64,000 bases of DNA from Candidatus Bathyarchaeota archaeon. GTDB lineage: Archaea > Thermoproteota > Bathyarchaeia > 40CM-2-53-6. The notes under the pieces are model-generated. The model was not told the DNA's origin and searched no databases. It was given only the letters and a program-made list of their open reading frames with translations. A program made the position numbers and the translations under genes. Below are positions 56,428-64,000 of the stretch, piece after piece. The first letter of the stretch is position 1. Every line of letters begins with the position of its first letter. The DNA lies in assembly GCA_963733055.1 (NCBI GenBank), contig CAVTBR010000001.1, forward strand, positions 224,001 through 288,000, read 5' to 3'.

Positions 56428-57603
56428 ATGCAAAAATTCGAAGAACTCCCGATAGCGGGAGAAATAGTTCAGAGTCTGAACGAAATTGGTCTTCGGGAAA
56501 TGTTCCCGATTCAGTCTGCCGCAATCCTTCCACTATTACAACGCAGGGATGTGATTGGACAGGCAAAAACAGGCACAGGCAAGACCGCAGCCTTCGGCGT
56601 ACCCATGGTTCAGGGCGTCGACAAATCACTGGACGCGGTTCAGGGGCTTGTTTTAGTTCCCACCAGGGAATTGGCAGTTCAAGTTGCATCCGACCTCAAT
56701 AAGTTCGGGAAGCATCTTTCGGTCAAGGCGCTCGCCGTCTACGGTGGCCAACCGATCTACGGCCAGATGGAGGCGCTTCAAAGAACAGTTCACATAGTAG
56801 TCGGAACACCGGGTAGGATAATCGACCATCTCCGAAGGGGAACCCTACTCCTCGACAACGCGACCTTCGTTGTTCTGGATGAAGCCGACCGCATGCTCGA
56901 CATGGGTTTCATAGAAGATATCGAATTCATCCTAAGCCGAACATCTCCCGACAAACAAACTGCGATGTTCTCTGCAACCATGCCCGACGAAATATTGTCC
57001 CTAGCCTCAAGAAACATGTACAACCCTGAGAAGATTTTGGTCAGCAGGGACGAAATTGCAGTTGAGGAGATCGAACAACTCTACCGACAAGTAGACCCCG
57101 AACGCAAGTTTCAGGCACTCTGCGACATTATGGACCAGAAGGCCGTCGACCGTGCTTTGATCTTCTGTTCAACGAAGATCGGAGCGGACCGTCTCGGATA
57201 CAAGCTAAGCAGAGTACGAAGAGACGTGGCAGTAATACATGGGGACCTCACGCAACCTCAACGAGAAAGAGCTTTGGAGAATTTCCGTAGAGGCCGAGTT
57301 CGATTCCTAGTCGCCACAGACGTTGCATCACGCGGACTAGACATTAGCGGCATAACCCATGTCGTAAACTACGACGTGCCCAGCGACCCACTGCTCTATT
57401 TCCATAGAATAGGGAGAACAGGGCGCGCAGGTGCAAGCGGAGTCGCAGTAACACTGGTCTCTCGCCGAGAAATGATGGACTTAAGACGCATCCAGAGCAT
57501 GACCAACACTAGGATGCATGAGTTACCCGACCTGTGGAACCGGGCGCCAGCAAGAAACACATCGGACTTTCATCGAGTTCCATTTGCACAGGCCACACAC
57601 TAA
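56428..57603 (+). CDS. DEAD-box RNA helicase
   Basis: AKTGTGKT, PTRELA, DEAD, SAT, HRIGRTGRAG. Confidence 0.96.
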   Translation: MQKFEELPIAGEIVQSLNEIGLREMFPIQSAAILPLLQRRDVIGQAKTGTGKTAAFGVPMVQGVDKSLDAVQGLVLVPTRELAVQVASDLNKFGKHLSVKALAVYGGQPIYGQMEALQRTVHIVVGTPGRIIDHLRRGTLLLDNATFVVLDEADRMLDMGFIEDIEFILSRTSPDKQTAMFSATMPDEILSLASRNMYNPEKILVSRDEIAVEEIEQLYRQVDPERKFQALCDIMDQKAVDRALIFCSTKIGADRLGYKLSRVRRDVAVIHGDLTQPQRERALENFRRGRVRFLVATDVASRGLDISGITHVVNYDVPSDPLLYFHRIGRTGRAGASGVAVTLVSRREMMDLRRIQSMTNTRMHELPDLWNRAPARNTSDFHRVPFAQATH

Positions 57604-57693
57604 GGCTAACATTGAATAGACACAGCGTCAAACTGAAACCTGAGAGTGAAAAATACGCCAAGACAAATTAGAAACAGAAACGTTCGCTCCGAG

Positions 57694-57837
57694 ATGAAAA
57701 CCTTAGAGTGCTTACGCTGCCATAAAATGGTCAGACTAGACGAATACAAATCCCACTTGTCCACCTGCGGCGTCGCACAACCACCTGCTGCGGCCCCACC
57801 TGCCCCGGAAGTACCCCAAACAAAGCAAGAAAACTAG
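57694..57837 (+). CDS. Small Zn-finger protein
   Basis: CLRC..HLSTC. Confidence 0.5.
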   Translation: MKTLECLRCHKMVRLDEYKSHLSTCGVAQPPAAAPPAPEVPQTKQEN

Positions 57838-57852
57838 AAACGCTGTTTCCTC

Positions 57853-58815
57853 TCAACGTAGATACTCAAACTTACCCTGCTCGAAACCCAACGCAGTCTG
57901 AAGCCCCTCCATATCCGGACTATTCTCGTAATCGCCTCGAACCGATACGACTAGCGCCGCGCTGGTCGCCGCCGCGAGCAGGCTGTCTTTCAATTTCCAC
58001 CCCTTGAGTTGAGTCGCGAGAAAAGTTGCCGCAAACGAATCACCCGCCCCAGTCGCATCCTCTACATACGCTGGGATCATTGGTTGGGTTGCCACGTCCC
58101 CACCTGAACTAGCGTACGCGCCTCTTTCTCCGAGCTTCACGACCACTGTTTTGATCCCGGCTTTGTGAAGAATCCTCGCGATCTCCTCAGGCCTATCCTC
58201 GCCTAGAATAATCTTGGAATCGGGACCGCTTGTGAAAACGATGTCCGCAATCTTGCATAGCGGGAAGAGAGCTGAACGAGCTGCTTCAATGTTCCATAGC
58301 TTCAGACGCACATTGGTGTCTAAGGAAACCTGTACATTGTTTCTTTTCGCGGCCTTTACCGCAAAGAGCGTTGCCTCCCTAGCGCTGTCGCTGAGGGCAG
58401 GTGTGATGCCAGAAATGTGAAAGACCTTAGCAGACGAGACGAAATCCTCGTCAACATCGTTTGCGCTTAGTCTGCTTCCTGCAGAATTCCTTCGATAGTA
58501 GAATGCTTCGCTCTTGTCAAGTATTGGATAGCCGCGCTGAATGAAGAACAACCCCGTCGGGGCCCCTTCGTCAACCACCACATGTGATGTATCCACCCTC
58601 TCAGCCCTAAGTGCACCGAGCAAGAATCGACCAAATTCATCATTGCCAACTCTCGATATAATTCCGGAACTACACCCAAGCCTTGAAACACCGATCGCGA
58701 CGTTACCCTCAGCTCCTGCAGCATGCTTCTCAAACAACACCACGTCTCTAAGCGGCCCGCGAGTTAACGCATTCATTTGAACCATAATTTCGCCCATGCA
58801 CACCACTTCGGGCAA
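57853..58815 (-). CDS. PfkB-family sugar kinase (KDG kinase-like)
   Basis: GAEGNVAIGVSRLG, DTNVRLKLW, KLGERG, DATGAGDSF. Confidence 0.92.
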   Translation of the reverse strand: MPEVVCMGEIMVQMNALTRGPLRDVVLFEKHAAGAEGNVAIGVSRLGCSSGIISRVGNDEFGRFLLGALRAERVDTSHVVVDEGAPTGLFFIQRGYPILDKSEAFYYRRNSAGSRLSANDVDEDFVSSAKVFHISGITPALSDSAREATLFAVKAAKRNNVQVSLDTNVRLKLWNIEAARSALFPLCKIADIVFTSGPDSKIILGEDRPEEIARILHKAGIKTVVVKLGERGAYASSGGDVATQPMIPAYVEDATGAGDSFAATFLATQLKGWKLKDSLLAAATSAALVVSVRGDYENSPDMEGLQTALGFEQGKFEYLR

Positions 58816-58866
58816 AGCTTCAATCTCCTACGGAACGGCCTCTGAACGGAACCCACTATTCAAAAT

Positions 58867-59904
58867 ATGTATAATGAACAGAGAACTAGTAAACTAATTC
58901 CGGAGGGTTTCGGGTCGGGATCACTAAAACAGCTGGGCGAGCTTGAGGTAATCCGAGTCATAGAACGCTCTCTCGGTACGAGCCCACGAACTGTAGTTGG
59001 TTTCGGCGATGACGTCTCCGCCGTTAGCATCGCCAAGCATCAGGTCGCGGTACTGAAGACCGACATGCTGGTCGGCAGCACCGATGTCCCGCCTGGAATG
59101 AGTATGCGGCAGACGGCTCGCAAGGCCGTGGTCGCAAACGTCAGTGATCTGGCAGCAAAGGGCGTACGACCTTTTGCAGGAATTGTGGCCCTAGGATTAC
59201 CCGCGAGACTCACTCGGAGAGACGTGATGGAGATAGCTGCTGGGTTGGCCGGGTGTGCAAGGGAATATGGGTTCCCTTTGGTAGGCGGCGACACTAACGA
59301 ATCGAACGATCTTGTGATCTCGATCGCGTTGTTCGCACTCGCAGACGAGAGACGGATCATTCTGCGGTCCGGTGCTAGAATCGGCGATATTGTCGCGGTA
59401 ACCAATGACTTCGGAAATGCGTCCGCAGGTTTGAAAGCACTTCTGGAAAGGAGAATTCGCCCAGATAAGTTACCGCCCGCCTTGGCTAAAGCCGTTTACC
59501 ACCCTCGGGCGGAATTAGAATTGGGCCTGCGGCTCGCTTCCTCGAGAGCTGTGAGCGCGTCAATAGATTCTAGCGACGGCTTAGCCTGGAGCCTCCACGA
59601 ATTAGCGCAGATGAGTAAGGTGGGAATACAGGTTCAACACTTACCGATCAGTAAAGCCGCGAAACAGTTCGCGTTCGACTGCGGATACGACGCCGCTGAT
59701 CTAGCGCTATATGGGGGAGAGGAGTACAACCTCATAGTCACTGTCAGGCCCAACCAGCTTCGAATCGCTGAAAGGGCAGCTCGCGGAAGGTTGAAACCAA
59801 TCGGGGTTGTAACTCCGAGAGCTAGCGGTGTACGTCTCGTGATAAATGGACATGAAGTCAAGATTGCGATGAAGGGCTGGGAACACTTTCGACGACGGAA
59901 GTAA
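58867..59904 (+). CDS. thiL: Thiamine-monophosphate kinase
   Basis: GFGDDV, KTDML, NVSDLAAKG, VGGDT, IDSSDGL, GGEEY, GWEHF. Confidence 0.93.
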   Translation: MYNEQRTSKLIPEGFGSGSLKQLGELEVIRVIERSLGTSPRTVVGFGDDVSAVSIAKHQVAVLKTDMLVGSTDVPPGMSMRQTARKAVVANVSDLAAKGVRPFAGIVALGLPARLTRRDVMEIAAGLAGCAREYGFPLVGGDTNESNDLVISIALFALADERRIILRSGARIGDIVAVTNDFGNASAGLKALLERRIRPDKLPPALAKAVYHPRAELELGLRLASSRAVSASIDSSDGLAWSLHELAQMSKVGIQVQHLPISKAAKQFAFDCGYDAADLALYGGEEYNLIVTVRPNQLRIAERAARGRLKPIGVVTPRASGVRLVINGHEVKIAMKGWEHFRRRK

Positions 59905-59940
59905 GTTAGAACATTCAGATAGGAAGATCGAGAGAGCGCT

Positions 59941-60579
59941 ATGACGAGGTTCAGGGTTCCGTACTATCAACAAAGCTCCGAGTTTAGTTGTGGTCCGGCT
60001 TGCGTAGTAATGGTGATGAAGCATTTCGAACCGCGCCTCGAAATTGGGAGAGGCCTGGAGTTCGAGGTCTGGCGTCAATGCAACATGATTGGCATAAAGG
60101 GTGCAGACGCTTACGGACTTTCCGTTCCAATGATCGATGCCGGATACGAAGTTCGCTTGGTGACTCAGCGCAGGCGAGTCATCGATCCTGCGCCTTGGAG
60201 GAGAAGATTGCGCGGGCTTTTCCCCGCCGAGGATATCGAACTTAGCTTATTCGGAATGAAACAGAACCAGAAGCGGGCACTACGCCGGCATCTGCAGGTT
60301 GCTTTCAAGCGACCTACAGTTGCCGATATCGTGAGAGGTGTTGGAGAAGGCTTTGTTCCTATTGCCCTCGTTCACATGGGAGTCGTGCATTCTTTGAACA
60401 TCCCACACTGGGTCGTAGTTACTGATGCAGACGAGACCTCTGTAGTCTTCAACGACCCCTATCCACCCAAAGGACGAAAAGGGCTAAGATTGCCTCACGA
60501 AAAATTCCAGAAAATACTTGATGATATCGGAGTGAGGATAGGGCTCAGTCCTTCAATTCTCTTCGTTCGCCGAAAATGA
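59941..60579 (+). CDS. Peptidase C39-like protein
   Basis: VPYYQQSSEFSCGPAC, PHWVVV, FNDP. Confidence 0.85.
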   Translation: MTRFRVPYYQQSSEFSCGPACVVMVMKHFEPRLEIGRGLEFEVWRQCNMIGIKGADAYGLSVPMIDAGYEVRLVTQRRRVIDPAPWRRRLRGLFPAEDIELSLFGMKQNQKRALRRHLQVAFKRPTVADIVRGVGEGFVPIALVHMGVVHSLNIPHWVVVTDADETSVVFNDPYPPKGRKGLRLPHEKFQKILDDIGVRIGLSPSILFVRRK

Positions 60580-60674
60580 CCATTACCAAGCGGGGTTTTG
60601 GTAGACCCACCATCGGAAACCAACAGTGAACCTAAAACCCTCCTAAATCCCCCCGGCCGTTCAGCTGAGAACAT

Positions 60675-62378
60675 TTGGATTTAACCCTTCGACTTGCAGG
60701 GGAGTCAGGCGATGGAGTCATCCTGGCTGGAGAGGTTTTGACATACACGATCTCCCGCATGGGTTTGAAAGTCTTCACATTCAGAGCATATCCATCCTCG
60801 ATTCGAGGCGGTCAATGTATGTATCAGATTCGGGCGAGCGACTGGCACGCCTATTCTCAAGGAGACACATTGGACTTACTCGTAGCATTCGACACGGAGG
60901 CCGTTTCATCTAACATAAAGGACCTGAAACCCGAGGGAGGTGTGGTATTTGACCAAGACCGAACCCCCAAGAACTCACCGCCCCTTCCAAAGCGAGCGTT
61001 TGGCGCGCAGTTCACATCGATCGCCAGAAATCAGCTTGCATTCCCCAAGGCTAGAAACTTGATCATTGCTGGGTACGTTGCGGGAATCATCGGCGTCTCC
61101 GAGGCAATCATGAAGGAGGTCGTGAATGCAAAATTGGGATCGCGCGGAACCGCCATTCTTGATAAGAATATTTCAGCAATCACGTTGGGGTTCAGCCTTG
61201 TCCCCAAAGAAACAATTCGAGCTATACCAACCGGAGAGGCGAACAAGGTCATATTATCTGGGAACGAGGCCATTGCTCTCGGCGCGATCGTAGCTGGCTG
61301 TCGATTCTACGGAGGCTACCCGATTACCCCCGCTAGCGACATCTTCGAATCGCTTGGAGAGCTTCTACCCGGAGTAGGCGGACGCGTTTTTCAGGGTGAG
61401 GATGAGATGGCGTCAATAGGTGCCGCGATAGGCGCATCCTACGCTGGAGTAAAGTCCATGACTGCAACTTCCGGTCCCGGATTCTCACTCATGACCGAGA
61501 TGATAGGCATGGCGTCTATGGCTGAGATCCCTGTTGTAATCGTCGACGCGCAAAGAGGCGGCCCCTCTACTGGATTACCGACCAAGACTGAACAGTCAGA
61601 TCTTAACCATGCACTCTTCGGAGGTCACGGCGACGTGCCTAGGATAGTGCTTGCGCCCGGAACTGTCGAAGACTGTTTCTACCAGACAATCCGAGCCTTT
61701 AACCTGGCAGAGCTGTACCAACTCCCAGTCATTCTATTGACAGACCAATCGTTAGCTCAGTGCACGGAGGGGGTGCCTCTACCAGACCTTGATAAGCTGC
61801 AAATTGTGAACCGTGATAAGGCCAACCTGGTTGACGATGGCAAGTTTCGCAGATATGCATTCACGCCTAATGGTGTGTCTCCGATCTCAACCCCCGGTGA
61901 TTCCCGAGGCGAGTACGTCGCGGAGAGCGCAGAACACGACGAGCGGGGTCGAGTCAACTTCGGTACCAACGCTCACTCCCAAATGACCGCGAAGAGATTC
62001 AGAAAACTAGAGACAGCCGAAAATGACCTTGCGGATGACCCACTCAACTTCACGATAGTCGACGACGAAGCGAAGCTGGCTGTGATGGGCTGGGGTTCCA
62101 CCCAGGGAGCAATCCATGAAGCTGTACTCAAAGCAAAAAAGAAACTCATTCGGGTCAAATGGATGCAATGCAAAATGCTTAACCCACTCCCCAGAAAGCG
62201 GATAAACGCCTTCCTCGAAGGAGTAGACCACACGCTGGTCCCTGAACTGAACTATACTTCGCAATTCGCCAACCTCTTACGCATGAATTTCGCAATCGAC
62301 CCAATCACGATAACAAAGACAGAAGGCACCCCCTTCACCCCAGGCGAGATAACCCAGAAAATAGAGGAGCTGTCATAG
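60675..62378 (+). CDS. korA: 2-oxoacid:ferredoxin oxidoreductase alpha subunit
   Basis: AGESGDG, GYPITP, EDE, TSGPG, QRGGPSTGLPTKTEQ. Confidence 0.93.
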   Translation: MDLTLRLAGESGDGVILAGEVLTYTISRMGLKVFTFRAYPSSIRGGQCMYQIRASDWHAYSQGDTLDLLVAFDTEAVSSNIKDLKPEGGVVFDQDRTPKNSPPLPKRAFGAQFTSIARNQLAFPKARNLIIAGYVAGIIGVSEAIMKEVVNAKLGSRGTAILDKNISAITLGFSLVPKETIRAIPTGEANKVILSGNEAIALGAIVAGCRFYGGYPITPASDIFESLGELLPGVGGRVFQGEDEMASIGAAIGASYAGVKSMTATSGPGFSLMTEMIGMASMAEIPVVIVDAQRGGPSTGLPTKTEQSDLNHALFGGHGDVPRIVLAPGTVEDCFYQTIRAFNLAELYQLPVILLTDQSLAQCTEGVPLPDLDKLQIVNRDKANLVDDGKFRRYAFTPNGVSPISTPGDSRGEYVAESAEHDERGRVNFGTNAHSQMTAKRFRKLETAENDLADDPLNFTIVDDEAKLAVMGWGSTQGAIHEAVLKAKKKLIRVKWMQCKMLNPLPRKRINAFLEGVDHTLVPELNYTSQFANLLRMNFAIDPITITKTEGTPFTPGEITQKIEELS

Positions 62379-62379
62379 A

Positions 62380-63207
62380 TTGACGACACCAATACTCGGC
62401 GAATACAGGTCAGATTACAACCCTAGCTGGTGTCCGGGCTGCGGTGACTACGGGGTCCTCAAATCAATCGAGATGGCTTTCGCTGAACTTAGCTTGCGCC
62501 CCGAACAGGTGGTGGTCGTATCAGGAATCGGATGCAACGGCAGATTCCCACATGGCTTCAAGACATACGGATTTCACACACTTCACGGAAGAGTACTCCC
62601 TATAGCCCAAGGGATCAGCATGGCAAAGCCGGCGTTAAGCATAGTTGGAATTTCTGGAGACGGAGACGCGTTCGCAATAGGCGGAGGACACATTCCGCAC
62701 GCTGCCAGGAGAAACCCTGACCTAGCATACATAGTGTTGGATAATGGCATCTTTGCACAGACGAAGGGCCAACCGTCCCCCACAACCGCTCTAGGGGTGA
62801 GAACGAAGACGTCGCCCGCCGGAAGCACCGAAGACCCGATCGACATCAGCCAGCTAGCACTTGCGTATCACGTCTCATTCCTTGCAAGAGGTTTCCCAGG
62901 TAAACCAAACCACTTGGCACGTATCATCGCAGAGGGGATCAAACACAAAGGTTTCGCGCTCATACATGTGTTGAATCCGTGCCCCACGTTTCACGACACA
63001 TGGAAAGAGTACGCAGCGAAAGTATCTGAAATAGGTCCGGAACACGACCCTACCGACCTCGACGCGGCATGGAAATTGGTCGAAAGGGAGGACAAGCTCC
63101 CGATAGGCGTCATCCTCAAGCAGAACCGTCCAACACAGGAAGAAAGAGCAAGAATTCCAGCCGGGTCAAACTCGGACATCAATAGCATCTTGGCTTCCTT
63201 CCGATAA
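62380..63207 (+). CDS. korB: 2-oxoacid:ferredoxin oxidoreductase beta subunit
   Basis: WCPGCGD, SGIGC, GDGD, DNG..TKGQ.SPT, PCPTF. Confidence 0.93.
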   Translation: MTTPILGEYRSDYNPSWCPGCGDYGVLKSIEMAFAELSLRPEQVVVVSGIGCNGRFPHGFKTYGFHTLHGRVLPIAQGISMAKPALSIVGISGDGDAFAIGGGHIPHAARRNPDLAYIVLDNGIFAQTKGQPSPTTALGVRTKTSPAGSTEDPIDISQLALAYHVSFLARGFPGKPNHLARIIAEGIKHKGFALIHVLNPCPTFHDTWKEYAAKVSEIGPEHDPTDLDAAWKLVEREDKLPIGVILKQNRPTQEERARIPAGSNSDINSILASFR

Positions 63208-63234
63208 CCCGTAGGCTTCGGCAAGGCAGCAGAC

Positions 63235-64000
63235 TTGACCTTCGTGTATGCATGCATTGCACCACACGGCAGCGAAACCATCAAACAACTTGCCAGTAAA
63301 ACCGCGGCGAACAAGTTTCGCAAAACACGAGACGGACTACGTAGGCTCGCTGTAGAGATGGGTAAAGCGAGGCCAGACACTATTGTGATAGCGAGTCCGC
63401 ACAACCTAAGATTGTTTGGTAATATTGCGGTTGTACTTTCCGAAAATTCCTCTGGAACCTTGCAAGCATCACCGCGAAACAAGAAAACAGTTAGCCTCAA
63501 AACTAAATGCGACGTCAAATTCGCAAAGGACCTGCTTGAGCGTTCGGCGAGAAGCCAGTTACCTGTCGTGGGAGCGCATTATGGAACCACCGAAGGGATC
63601 ACGTCGGATATGCCTATGGATTGGGGAACTCTGGTTCCTCTATGGTTCATGATCCCTCGATGCAGAAAGAGACCTAGAATTGTTATCGTAACGCCATCGC
63701 GCGAGATCCCGTTGTCGAAGAACTTTGAGTTCGGTCGAATGATTGCGAGACAAGCCGAAGCCGACCCTTCAAAGAGAGTAGTATTTGTCGCGAGCGCTGA
63801 CCAAGCACACGCGCACAAACACACGGGGCCTTACGGTTTCAGCAAGCAAGCGAAGAACTACGATAAGATGGTCTTGAGCGCACTGATGAACAACCGATTC
63901 AGCAGCATCATGACTTTCAAAGAGGATTTAGTTAGGGCGGCAAAGCCGGATAGTTTGTGGCAAATGGCAATGCTCGCCGGAATATCTGATGAGATCCCGC
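63235..64000 (+). CDS. LigB/MEMO1-like extradiol dioxygenase-fold protein (truncated by window end)
   Basis: My translation from TTG 63235: FVYACIAPHG..IVIASPHN..MDWGTLVPLWF..VASADQAH. Confidence 0.8.
   Translation, partial: MTFVYACIAPHGSETIKQLASKTAANKFRKTRDGLRRLAVEMGKARPDTIVIASPHNLRLFGNIAVVLSENSSGTLQASPRNKKTVSLKTKCDVKFAKDLLERSARSQLPVVGAHYGTTEGITSDMPMDWGTLVPLWFMIPRCRKRPRIVIVTPSREIPLSKNFEFGRMIARQAEADPSKRVVFVASADQAHAHKHTGPYGFSKQAKNYDKMVLSALMNNRFSSIMTFKEDLVRAAKPDSLWQMAMLAGISDEIP

Overview
Archaeal genomic window (Alba, TRAM, TrmB and HTH_10 regulators, mre11-rad50-nurA-herA; a Bathyarchaeia-like host is my inference). The left ~34 kb looks like one large Tn7-like transposon. Its core is a TnsA-TnsB fusion, a TnsC/TniB ATPase with a tandemly duplicated Walker A segment, and TniQ. 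A second TniQ/TnsD-like gene directly abuts a Cas4-family nuclease gene; no CRISPR array or other cas genes are visible. The apparent cargo is defence-type genes (nuclease-EVE fusion, type IIG R-M, HD hydrolase, beta-CASP nuclease), a five-gene mre11-rad50(no Zn hook)-nurA-herA-OLD operon, three coupled Zn-ribbon ORFs, an APC permease/nucleotidyltransferase/metallophosphoesterase trio, a catabolic cluster and a ParB-AbrB fusion. Four CGACA-type repeats at 34068-34181 fit TnsB-binding sites of a transposon end near 34189. The right ~30 kb is ordinary metabolic and housekeeping sequence. At least seven genes carry single frameshifts, mostly in short homopolymers, probably assembly errors. All protein calls come from motif recognition by eye; no database searches were run.
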